A DNA stretch of 60,746 nt from Candidatus Rokuibacteriota bacterium (GTDB taxonomy: Bacteria; Methylomirabilota; Methylomirabilia; Rokubacteriales; DASRDR01). The DNA lies in NCBI GenBank assembly GCA_044866005.1, contig JBIOTN010000232.1:1-60746 (forward strand). The letters are read 5' to 3'. Made by a program: the position numbers and the translations under genes. This document shows, piece after piece, positions 47,364 through 55,530 of the stretch; the first letter of the stretch is position 1; each line of letters starts with the position of its first letter. The notes under the pieces are model-generated. The model searched no databases. It worked only from the letters and a program-made list of their open reading frames with translations, and was not told the origin of the DNA.

Positions 47364-47379
47364 TGGCACGCTCCGTGGA
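47364..47379 (+). promoter_or_regulatory. Sigma-54-type promoter for the Os1348-like gene
   Basis: TGGCACG-CTCC-GTGGA. Confidence 0.6.
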
Positions 47380-47404
47380 AAGGTGGGGCGCAGGAGGACG
47401 GGCC

Positions 47405-47641
47405 ATGTCGCAGCGAAGCGTGGAGCTGGTGATCGGCAGGCTGGCGACGGACGAAGCGTTCCGGTGCCGGTTCGTGGCGAGCCGGGAGGCCGTGCTCGAG
47501 GAGCTCGTCGCCGGGGGCCTCCCGCTCACCCCGGTCGAGCGCCGCGCCCTGCTCGATCTCGACGTGGCCGCGTGCGAGCGCTTCGCCACGCGCCTGGATC
47601 CCCGCCTCCAGAAGATCAGCGTGCGGAGCGATCCGTCTTGA
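47405..47641 (+). CDS. Os1348/NHLP-clan-like small protein (78 aa)
   Basis: SD AGGAGG; MSQRSVELVIGRLATDEAFR..F...LTPVE..AL. Confidence 0.7.
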   Translation: MSQRSVELVIGRLATDEAFRCRFVASREAVLEELVAGGLPLTPVERRALLDLDVAACERFATRLDPRLQKISVRSDPS

Positions 47642-47746
47642 TGGCCGGGCAGGCAGGGAGGACCGCGGGGTCCTCGAGCGGCGCCTCGAGCCCGCGTGCT
47701 GGCAGGGGGTCAGGACGTCAGCCACCCGACCGCTTGCGGCCTCGGC

Positions 47747-48466
47747 TCAGAGGGCGTCGGCGAGCTCGGTGACGGCGTCCATGATGGAGTTGATCAGGCG
47801 GTCGTAGCCGCCGTGCTCGCGGATCATCGCGCTCCAGTCGTTCTCGCTCCCCGCGAACATGAAGCTCACCGCCCGCTCGTCGGCCCGGATGTACTCCGAG
47901 CGAAAGCGGCCGAGCCGCTCCACGAGGGGCCGGTTGGCCGTCACGCGCCCGGCGAGCGCTGGATCGACGGTGTAGAGGTCGCCCGCGTTGAACCCGATGC
48001 GGGCCGCCCGGGGCAGGGGGTCCGCCGGCTTGATCGTGGAGAAGTCGCTCAGGACGTCGAGCCGGGCCGCCGCGGGCTTGCCGTGGCGCGCGACGACGAA
48101 GAACGACAGCGGCTGTCCGATGGCCTGGGACAGCGCCCGGTCGAGCGGGCTGCCGACCACGTTCCGGATGTGCTCGCCCTGGCCGGTCAGGAAGGCCGCC
48201 ACGCCGCCCAGCTCGCGTCCGGCCTCGCCCATCGCCAGGCGCGCGCCGTAGCGGCCCCAGACCTCGCCGGCCTGGGCGCGGAAGAGGACCTCGTAGCCAC
48301 GGTGGACCTTGCGCAGGTACTGCTCGCGGTTGTCGCCGACCACGGTGGGCTCGAGGCCGGTCTTCGCCTTGAAGTCTTCCACGGCGTTCCGCCCGGCCGC
48401 GCCCGCCGCACAGCCGGCCGTCGCCATCAGGAGGAGCCCGACCCCCGCCGCCCGTCCCGTCCGCAT
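47747..48466 (-). CDS. Hypothetical lipoprotein
   Basis: SD AGGGAGG then ATG at 48466; TAGC lipobox; strong coding-like codon bias. Confidence 0.7.
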   Translation of the reverse strand: MRTGRAAGVGLLLMATAGCAAGAAGRNAVEDFKAKTGLEPTVVGDNREQYLRKVHRGYEVLFRAQAGEVWGRYGARLAMGEAGRELGGVAAFLTGQGEHIRNVVGSPLDRALSQAIGQPLSFFVVARHGKPAAARLDVLSDFSTIKPADPLPRAARIGFNAGDLYTVDPALAGRVTANRPLVERLGRFRSEYIRADERAVSFMFAGSENDWSAMIREHGGYDRLINSIMDAVTELADAL

Positions 48467-48704
48467 GCGTCCCTCCCTTGCGCTCGCGCGCGCCCCGCCG
48501 GTCTCCGCCCCCGCCCGCCCGGGCCCTCGGGCCCCGGTGGCGAGCCCGATTTCCGACCGAGCGTACCCCTCCCGCCGGGCTGACGCCAAGGAAAGCCGCG
48601 CCGCCGGACGACCGCGCCGCCGCCAGGTCCCGAAAAGCAAAGCGGCGCGGACACCGAAGTGCCCGCGCCGCTCCGTCCCGCTGACAGCGGGTGCCGGCCG
48701 GTCG

Positions 48705-49031
48705 CTACCAGCGCGGCGTGCGGCGCTGACCGCCGCCCGCCCCCCCGCCGAAGCGGGAGCCACCACCGGACCGCGAGCCTGCGCCCGGCGAGTTGGCGAC
48801 GCTCACCGTCAACTTCCGGCCCTCGAAGGGCTGGTCGTGCAGCTTGCTGATCGCCTCCTGGGCCTCGGCCGCCGTGGACATCTCCACGAAGCCGAAACCG
48901 CGGGACTGGCCGGAGAACCGGTCAGTGATCACCGTGGCGGATTCCACGGTGCCGCACTGGCCGAAGTACTCCCGCAGGCTCTCGGAGGTGGTGGAATAGG
49001 ACAGACCGCCGACGTACAGCTTGGACGCCAT
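48705..49031 (-). CDS. RRM RNA-binding protein with Gly-rich tail
   Basis: RNP2 LYVGGL, RNP1 RGFGFVEM. Confidence 0.95.
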   Translation of the reverse strand: MASKLYVGGLSYSTTSESLREYFGQCGTVESATVITDRFSGQSRGFGFVEMSTAAEAQEAISKLHDQPFEGRKLTVSVANSPGAGSRSGGGSRFGGGAGGGQRRTPRW

Positions 49032-49165
49032 TGGGCGCCTCCTTCACCCCCCACGTTGGGGGTGAGACTCTTCCGCACGAGAAATCACGCCCCGGACACG
49101 CGGAAGGCCTACCGGAGGCGAGGCCGGATCGAGCACCGGATCGGCGCGGCAATCAGGCAGATGTC
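49032..49165 (-). ncRNA. Conserved structured 5' leader of an RRM gene (copy 1)
   Basis: Shares four sequence blocks and paired stems with 55531-55670; upstream TTGCCT-N18-TATACT (49198-49169). Confidence 0.6.
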
Positions 49166-49204
49166 GAGAGTATACACGAGCCGGGGGACACCAGGCAACC
49201 CCGC

Positions 49205-49603
49205 TCATAGACTCCGCTTGCGCCCTCTGATGCCGCGGCGGCTCCCCTTGGCCTTGAACGGCTTGTGCCGCGGCGCCGCCCCCCCGGAGGGCCGAGAGCC
49301 GGGACCGAAGGACGGGCCGGACGGCCGGTCGGGCCGGAACCCCCCGGACCGCGGCGGCCGGTGTTCCGCGGGATCGAGCCGCAGCGTTCGACCGTCCAGG
49401 TCGCGCGCGTTGAACAGCCGGATCGCCTCGGCGGCCTCCGCCTCGCTCGCGAACTCCACGAACGCGAAGCCTCGGGGCCGGCCGGTCTCCCGATCGGTGG
49501 GCAGGTGGACGTCCACGATGCTGCCGGCCGCCGACAGGTACTGCGTGAGCTGCTGCGGGGTGGTCTGGAAGCTCAGGTTACCGACAAAGATCTTCGCGGG
49601 AAT
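49205..49603 (-). CDS. RRM RNA-binding protein with probable ATT start and basic C-terminus
   Basis: AAGGAGG-CAGCT-ATT then PAKIFVGNL (RNP2) and RGFAFVEF (RNP1). Confidence 0.85.
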   Translation of the reverse strand: MPAKIFVGNLSFQTTPQQLTQYLSAAGSIVDVHLPTDRETGRPRGFAFVEFASEAEAAEAIRLFNARDLDGRTLRLDPAEHRPPRSGGFRPDRPSGPSFGPGSRPSGGAAPRHKPFKAKGSRRGIRGRKRSL

Positions 49604-49631
49604 AGCTGCCTCCTTCCGGGCGTTTGCTGGC

Positions 49632-49826
49632 CTAACGATCGTGCGAGCGCCGGGCCGCCCGGCGCCGCCGCTTCCGGGCCTCGGCCTGCTTCCGCTTCCG
49701 CTTCACCGAGGGCTTTTCGTAATAGGCCCGCCGCTTCATCTCCTTGAAGACGCCTCCGTCGACCATCTCCTTCTTGAGGGCCTTCAGGGCGGGCTCGATC
49801 TGGTTGTCGAAGACCTCGATCTTCAC
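49632..49826 (-). CDS. rpsU: 30S ribosomal protein bS21
   Basis: SD GGAGG then GTG at 49826; IEPALKALKK..EMKRRAYYEKPSVKRKRK. Confidence 0.92.
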   Translation of the reverse strand: MKIEVFDNQIEPALKALKKEMVDGGVFKEMKRRAYYEKPSVKRKRKQAEARKRRRRAARRSHDR

Positions 49827-50307
49827 CGGGACCTCCCGCGTCGCCGGCAAGCCCGGCCTGACCCGGGGCGGCGTCGGCCCGGCGCGCGATCCGTCACGCC
49901 GGGTTCCGAGCACAGCCGTCGTGCTCGCACCGGCATGGCGTCTCGGCCGATCCGCCCCGTGCGCCCAGAGCGGCGCACGCCTCGCTGCAGTAACGCCGTT
50001 CGGGCCGGGCGGCGCACCCGCACGCGGGGTGCCGGCAGGGGGAGTCCTGGAAAGCGGACGACGGCCCCGCGTTCGCGAAGCGGGACAACGGGCGCGGCCA
50101 CTGGTGACCCACTCGGGGGACCCCCCTGCCACCAGCTCCGCGGGAATGCCTGGCGACACTGTCAAGGATAGCCGGACGCCGACGGTTTGACAACTCGACG
50201 TCGATCCGAGCAAATGTCCGCCCCGTGCCGCCGCCGGCACCCGCCTTGCATCCTCCGGACGCGTCCCCAGTCGAGACTGGCTGGCACCAGGAAACGGAAG
50301 GGCCGCA

Positions 50308-50709
50308 ATGAGAGCACTGACGACGTGGATTCTGGCCGCCGCGCTCCTCGCCGGCGTCGCTCACGGCGCGCTGGCCCAAGACCGCACAACCCCCGGCACG
50401 CGAGTCGCCCCCAGGACCCCTCCCGAGGCGGACCGGCTCAAGCAGGTCGACGGCACCGTGCGGGCGCTCGACCGGCAGATCAAGTGGGTCCGGGTCTCCG
50501 GCGGGGTTACGACCGGCGACACGACGCTGCAGATGGTCGACGACACGCAGATCCTCGTCGACGGCCGGGTGGGCTCGCTCGAGGACCTGCGCGAAGGGGA
50601 CGTGGTCAAGGCGGCCTACGAGAGCCGCTATGGTATCAACCTCGCCCGCTCCATCGAGGCCACGTCCGGCGGACGGTCCGAGCGCGGGCCCCGATCGCCC
50701 CGCCGGTAG
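50308..50709 (+). CDS. Secreted small beta-barrel-like hypothetical protein
   Basis: Signal peptide; GTVRALD..DTQILVDG..LEDLREGDVVKAAY. Confidence 0.7.
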   Translation: MRALTTWILAAALLAGVAHGALAQDRTTPGTRVAPRTPPEADRLKQVDGTVRALDRQIKWVRVSGGVTTGDTTLQMVDDTQILVDGRVGSLEDLREGDVVKAAYESRYGINLARSIEATSGGRSERGPRSPRR

Positions 50710-50730
50710 TCGTCCGGCCGCACGCGATCG

Positions 50731-50919
50731 TCACTCGCCGACGGCCCGCTTGCCGATCGGGCGGCGCGGCGGGACGCGCTTCGGCGTGACCCGATCGCCC
50801 TTGCCATACGCCCCCGCGACCGGGCTCGTCGCGGGCATCGGATTGATCCCGTGGCGAGACGACGCGACCTTCCGGCTCGTCGACTGGAGCCCTCGCTTCC
50901 CCGATGTCTGCCGTCCCAT
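50731..50919 (-). CDS. Small basic hypothetical protein (62 aa)
   Basis: Strong SD AAAGGAGGAG; MGRQTSGKRG...; Arg/Lys-rich. Confidence 0.6.
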   Translation of the reverse strand: MGRQTSGKRGLQSTSRKVASSRHGINPMPATSPVAGAYGKGDRVTPKRVPPRRPIGKRAVGE

Positions 50920-51010
50920 GACGACTCCTCCTTTCGCCTCGGCTGACCGACCGGACGCCTCGGCTGAGTGGACCATGCGACCCGGATCCCGCTGCAAGAC
51001 CCGCACCGCC

Positions 51011-51079
51011 GGGACGGACGGCGGACGGAACGCGGGACGGACGGCGGACGGAACGCGGGATGGACGGCGGACGGAACGC
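51011..51079. repeat. 23-bp tandem repeat, three copies
   Basis: GGGA(C/T)GGACGGCGGACGGAACGC three times with no spacers, plus a degenerate partial copy. Confidence 0.85.
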
Positions 51080-51141
51080 GGCGACGGGAACGCGTGGGGC
51101 GGTGGGCCGAAGAGCGAACGAGCGAGCCGAGCCCGGATGGG

Positions 51142-51270
51142 CTACGACGACGGCAGACGGACCGCGGCGAGGCGCTCGATCAGCCGTTCATGGTCCACCG
51201 GCTTCACGAGGCGCGCGTCCAGCCTGCGATCCGCCCCCGCAACCACGCCTGCTTGCCGGTTGGCGCGCCT
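51142..51270 (-). pseudogene. Remnant of a receiver-domain C-terminus
   Basis: LDARLVKPVDHERLIERL resembles FDAHLVKPVD; no acidic N-terminal motifs. Confidence 0.35.
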
Positions 51271-51340
51271 GCACATGAGCGGCTCGTCGTGGATCTGGTC
51301 GGCGTGCAGCATCCCGACCAACCGGCCTCCGCGCCGCCGG

Positions 51341-51757
51341 CTAGCTGAGCTCGCCGGGGGAGAGCAGCCGCTCCTCGTATTCCTCCAGCGCGGCTTGCCA
51401 CTGCCGGAGCTCGTCCCGGGAGCACGCCCTGGCATTCTGCTCCGTCACGAGCCTCCCGGTGCGCCGGTAGGCGTGGATGAGCGCGGGACCGATCCCCGCC
51501 TCTTCCATCGCGGCGATGATGGCTGCATCGAAGCGAGCCTGGTCGATGGGCCCGGAAGCGTCCGCCTCGGCGTCGAAGAACACGGGATCCCCGGGGCCCG
51601 CCGCCCGACCGAACTTGTGCTCGAAGCGCGCGCGCAGCTCGTGCACGAGCCGCAGGCCTGCGGGAGTCAGGCGAACCGGTGGCCGGCGCCTCCCGCCTCG
51701 CGCCGGCCGTGCGGGGAGCCTGCCTTGCGCGGCCGTCGGCCGGTCGCGGCTCACCAT
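51341..51757 (-). CDS. Hypothetical protein
   Basis: ATG at 51757 overlapping the upstream gene end; FEHKFGR..PGDPVFFD..AMEEAGI..TGRLVTE looks globular. Confidence 0.65.
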   Translation of the reverse strand: MVSRDRPTAAQGRLPARPARGGRRRPPVRLTPAGLRLVHELRARFEHKFGRAAGPGDPVFFDAEADASGPIDQARFDAAIIAAMEEAGIGPALIHAYRRTGRLVTEQNARACSRDELRQWQAALEEYEERLLSPGELS

Positions 51758-52002
51758 CCGTCCGCTGCCGGTCCCTGCTGCCGGGCCGCCCGATCGGCTT
51801 CCACCGCCTTGATCTCCTCGCTGAACATCTCCGGGCGGAGCGGGCACGGCGGCTCGTTCGCCTCGACGTACTGACATTCGGCCTGGTCGCACTGGACGAA
51901 ATACCCGGAGGGCCGCCTCAGTCCGTTGGGCCGCCTCAGCCGGATGAATACCGTTTCCGACACCACCGGGCACCAGAACTCTCGCGCCTGCGCTCGACGC
52001 AT
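51751..52002 (-). CDS. Small four-Cys hypothetical protein (83 aa)
   Basis: FWCP..QCDQAECQY..PPCP; purine-rich SD region. Confidence 0.65.
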   Translation of the reverse strand: MRRAQAREFWCPVVSETVFIRLRRPNGLRRPSGYFVQCDQAECQYVEANEPPCPLRPEMFSEEIKAVEADRAARQQGPAADGW

Positions 52003-52026
52003 CCGTCCCCCTTCCCTTGAGCCGCG

Positions 52027-52188
52027 TCACCGCGTGAACATCGGTTCCCGGACCTCCTCCAGCGCATGCCACCGCCGGTGACTGAAGTCGTACTCCCACA
52101 CCCGCCCGGTGTCGTCCAGCGCGTACACGTGCGCGAAGCTCTCCGAGTCCTGAGCCGCGGTGATCTGGATGAATTTCGACTCGGCCAT
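52027..52188 (-). CDS. Small hypothetical protein (53 aa, not in the ORF track)
   Basis: SD GAAGGAG; MAESKFIQITAAQDSESFAHVYALDDTGRVWEYDFSHRRWHALEEVREPMFTR. Confidence 0.65.
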   Translation of the reverse strand: MAESKFIQITAAQDSESFAHVYALDDTGRVWEYDFSHRRWHALEEVREPMFTR

Positions 52189-52236
52189 CTGCCCTCCTTC
52201 GGCGACGCGGCGACGGGCGGGGCACGGCCTGCCGGG

Positions 52237-52509
52237 CTACGGCGCGAGCTCGAGGTTCGCGATCTTCGCCAGAGGCCGGCCGACCTGCCAGTCGAGCAGA
52301 AGTGACAGCGTGGTCAGCAGCTTGGCCTCGCCCTGGAGAACCGCCGAGTACCGATCGCCGGCGACCTCCATGCTGAGCGTGAGCGCCCGGGCGCCGAGAT
52401 TCATGCGAACCGCGGTCAGGACGCCTTCCCCTCCGGGCGGCGGGTTGCCCGGTCCGGGGGCCACCACGGCCCATTTCGGCGGCCAGCAGGTCAGCTCTCG
52501 CACCTTCAT
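52237..52509 (-). CDS. Hypothetical protein (90 aa)
   Basis: SD GGGAGG; MKVRELTCWPPKW..VGRPLAKIANLEL. Confidence 0.65.
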   Translation of the reverse strand: MKVRELTCWPPKWAVVAPGPGNPPPGGEGVLTAVRMNLGARALTLSMEVAGDRYSAVLQGEAKLLTTLSLLLDWQVGRPLAKIANLELAP

Positions 52510-52543
52510 GCGCGGCGCCCTCCCGGCGGGACGGCGGGTCTGA

Positions 52544-52852
52544 TCATCGCTCTCCGCCCGTGAGCGGCTCTCCGTCGATTTCGATGAACACGATGGCGTG
52601 GTGCGGCGCCGGACGATTCACCCAGATCGCCGAGGCGACGGATCCCGTGCCCGTATCGATGCCTTGCCACAGCCCACCGGCGGGGCGTCGGTCACCCCGG
52701 CTCGTCGTCATCTCCCGCTTGCACTCCTCGAAGCCCGCGCTGGACAGCGCGTCGAGGATCTCCTCGGGGGCCGCAGCCCAGCCGTCCTGCCCCTCGATCC
52801 ACGCCATCCGGCGTTCCTCGCGAAGCGCATTCAGGTCCCGCATCTCGCTCAT
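52544..52852 (-). CDS. Hypothetical protein (102 aa)
   Basis: Co-oriented ORF with coding-like composition; GGLWQG..VASAIWV. Confidence 0.65.
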   Translation of the reverse strand: MSEMRDLNALREERRMAWIEGQDGWAAAPEEILDALSSAGFEECKREMTTSRGDRRPAGGLWQGIDTGTGSVASAIWVNRPAPHHAIVFIEIDGEPLTGGER

Positions 52853-52945
52853 CCTGCTTTCTCGATCGTGGTACCGTCGCGTCGGGCTCGACGGCGCGGT
52901 CCGAGTCGAAGGTGGCTCCGAGGGGAGCCACCCTCCCGCCTCACC

Positions 52946-53509
52946 TCACTCGCCGCCGATGGCCACCGGGAAGTTGACCGCCTCCTCGCGGAACGGCGAC
53001 GGGATGTACGCCAGCTCCAGCCGGATCTGCCTCAGCCTCTTCGCCTTCAGCGCCTCTGCGGGGAAGTCCACGTCCAGCGACTGGCTGGCCTCCTGCCCGG
53101 GGTCGAGTCGGTCCATGCCGTAGCTCGCGAACTTGAGGGCCGATTCGTTCCGTGCCGCCTCCAGCCCGATCGGCTTGCCCTGCGCGTCGAGGTAATGGAT
53201 CTTGCCCCCCACCAGGCGGATCGTCTGATCCGCCGAGCTGTTCTTCAGCACCATCTTGCCGGTGAGCTTGGCGGGCGCGACGACGCGGCCGGACCCCTGC
53301 TCGACCCGCTCGGTGATCTTCAGCTCCGTCAGGGCGCCCGTCACGAGACCGGCCTTCACCTTCATCGTGGCCGGCGTGACCGTGTACGTCTTGTCATCCA
53401 CGATCGGCGGCGTGGCCGCCGGCTGCGAGGAGCGGCCCAGCATCATCCAGACCACCACCCCCACCAGCGCTGCCCCGATCCACCATTTCCATTTCCACAT
53501 GCCCGCCAT
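52946..53509 (-). CDS. Membrane-anchored hypothetical protein
   Basis: ATG at 53509; N-terminal TM helix, then a beta-rich domain (LKNSS..RLDPGQE). Confidence 0.7.
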   Translation of the reverse strand: MAGMWKWKWWIGAALVGVVVWMMLGRSSQPAATPPIVDDKTYTVTPATMKVKAGLVTGALTELKITERVEQGSGRVVAPAKLTGKMVLKNSSADQTIRLVGGKIHYLDAQGKPIGLEAARNESALKFASYGMDRLDPGQEASQSLDVDFPAEALKAKRLRQIRLELAYIPSPFREEAVNFPVAIGGE

Positions 53510-53600
53510 GGCCGTCTCTCCTTGCCCCGCACGCCGTGTCGCCCGTTGTCGTGCCACCGCGAGGTCGGACCCCGCCCCCCGCGTCGCCTCGCCCAGACCC

Positions 53601-54731
53601 TCAGCCGCTGTGCGCTCCTCTCCGCCGCCGCGCCGCGAGGCGCGGGTCGGCCCCGTGGAATCCGTCCGCCGCGGCCCGCGAACTGGGCCGTCCCTGGCCG
53701 GGACGGTCCGCCGCGCCGCCCCGCGGACTCGGCGGCCGATCGATGGTGCGCGCACCGGCGGTCGCGCCGCCGTTGCCCCGGACCAGGAGCGCCGCCAGCA
53801 TCTCGATCGCGCGCTTGTCGAGCGCCCGGTCGTCGACGATCACCTCGACCGCCGAGCCGGCGAGCCGGCGCACCCGGTCGGTCGTGGGGCTCGAGCAGAC
53901 GATCACGTCCACCCGCCGCACCAGGCGGCCGAGCGCCGCGCCCTCGGCGCGGCACGCCCCCACGAGCGCGATGTTCGGGAGCCCCGCGTTGGCGATCGAG
54001 TGCTCGAGGTTGTGGGCGCTCTCCGGCTCCGCCGAGACGACGCCGACGCGTGTCCCCGACGGGAGCTGTGCCAGGCGGTGGAGCGTCTCCAGGTGGATCT
54101 CGGCCAGGAGCGCGAGCACCGGCACGTTCCGCCCGCGGAGGCGCCGCTCCACCTCCGGCAGATGGAAAAAGCTGGTGACCGCGGCGCTCCACTGGCGCGG
54201 GCGCTTCCGGTGCCGCACGGCAGCCGCCAGGTCGGCGAGGCGAACCTTGTCGACCCGGACGGGGAGCTGGGCCTCCAGCTCGCGGGCGAAGAAATCGAGC
54301 TCGGGCGGGCTACACTCCACGAGGAGGATCTCGACGGCCCCGCGGACGGCCGGCGGCCGCTCCCCGACCAGACTGGAGACCCCCACAGCCACGTCCTCGG
54401 CCGTCATGCCCAGCGCCGCCGCCCGGATCAGCATGTCCTCGAGGAACGCGGCCCGGAGGTGAGGCGACGGGCGGGCGGTGAGGTCAGGGGCCACGAATAC
54501 GCCGGTCCCACGCCGCGCTTCCACGTAACCGATCCGCTTCAGGTCCTCGATGACCCGGGCGACCGTGTTCGGGTTGATTCCCAGGAACCCGGCCAGCTCC
54601 CGGATGCTCGGGAGCGGCTCGTCACGCGGGATCCCGCCGCCCTCGATCAGGTGCTTGAGCTGCTCGGTCAGCTGCCGGCGGATGGGGATGGGACTGTGCT
54701 GGTCGACGCGAAGAGTGACCGGGGTAATCAT
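53601..54731 (-). CDS. GntR-family regulator with extended C-terminal domain
   Basis: PIRRQL..LPSIRELA..INPNTVAR..RGTGVFV (YtrA-like HTH). Confidence 0.88.
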   Translation of the reverse strand: MITPVTLRVDQHSPIPIRRQLTEQLKHLIEGGGIPRDEPLPSIRELAGFLGINPNTVARVIEDLKRIGYVEARRGTGVFVAPDLTARPSPHLRAAFLEDMLIRAAALGMTAEDVAVGVSSLVGERPPAVRGAVEILLVECSPPELDFFARELEAQLPVRVDKVRLADLAAAVRHRKRPRQWSAAVTSFFHLPEVERRLRGRNVPVLALLAEIHLETLHRLAQLPSGTRVGVVSAEPESAHNLEHSIANAGLPNIALVGACRAEGAALGRLVRRVDVIVCSSPTTDRVRRLAGSAVEVIVDDRALDKRAIEMLAALLVRGNGGATAGARTIDRPPSPRGGAADRPGQGRPSSRAAADGFHGADPRLAARRRRGAHSG

Positions 54732-54734
54732 GGC

Positions 54735-54771
54735 GTACTAGTACAATAGTACAGTTGCGCCGTCCTGTCAA
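54735..54771 (-). promoter_or_regulatory. GntR gene promoter with overlapping operator
   Basis: TTGACA-N17-TATTGT, overlapped by TGTACTATTGTACTAGTAC (direct and inverted repeats). Confidence 0.7.
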
Positions 54772-55248
54772 CCCCCCATTTCGGCGCCCGGCCCTGGACG
54801 GCGCCGCCACCGGGCTGTGGGCCGGGGGGCGCTAGGTGAGCCCGCGCGTGTGAACGTTACCGCGGAGCAGGTGCGCGCGGGTCCAGAAGGGTGTAGAGTG
54901 CTCGTGGACCGTGCCGGTGGGGTCCGGGCCGGGGGGCCTGGAGGTCAAGCTGGCACGGCGTGCCGACCGGGGCCGGAGGCAAGTCCCGGACGTCGCAGGA
55001 ATCGAGGCACGGCAGAAACCCGGTCCGCGGGCGCCGATGACCGCACTCGGCGCCCGCGCTGCTTCCCCTTCGCTGCCTGACACCCGATCCCGGGACGAGC
55101 TCAGAAGCTCAGAATTATTCCAGGGTGCGCCCCGCGGCCCTCCGGCCGGGTGTTCATCGGGCGTAGCGGCTGCCGGACTTCAGCGGCCAGACGCCGGACG
55201 GCGCACGACATGCGTGCGCCGCCGACGCGGGGCCGTCCGCGGAGCGGC

Positions 55249-55530
55249 CTACCAGCGGGGTGTGCGACGAGCGCCGCCGTTACCGGGCGACTTCGCGACG
55301 TTGACCATGAGCTTCCGCCCCTCGAAGGGCTGCTCGTTCAGCTTCGCGATCGCCTCCTGAGCCTCGGCCTGCGTGGACATCTCCACGAAGCCGAAGCCGC
55401 GGGACTGGCCCGACATGCGGTCGGTGATGACGGTGGCCGACTCCACGGTTCCGCACTGCGAGAAGTACTCGCGCAGGCTCTCGGAAGTCGTGGAGAAGGA
55501 CAGACCACCAACGTAGAGCTTGGACGCCAT
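55249..55530 (-). CDS. RRM RNA-binding protein, close paralog of 48705-49031
   Basis: SD AAGGAGG then ATG at 55530; LYVGGL, RGFGFVEM; same RRTPRW C-terminus. Confidence 0.95.
   Translation of the reverse strand: MASKLYVGGLSFSTTSESLREYFSQCGTVESATVITDRMSGQSRGFGFVEMSTQAEAQEAIAKLNEQPFEGRKLMVNVAKSPGNGGARRTPRW

Noticed and set aside
48467..48704. c-di-GMP-like riboswitch (GGAAA/GCAAAG words)
   Set aside because: The stem architecture does not match and the orientation is opposite to the adjacent genes.
51011..51094. Possible CRISPR array
   Set aside because: The repeats are contiguous with no spacers, and no cas genes are present.
54950..54970. Third sigma-54 promoter (CTGGCACG)
   Set aside because: No TTGC or GTGGA -12 element and no downstream gene; it is part of a GGCACG..CGTGCC palindrome.
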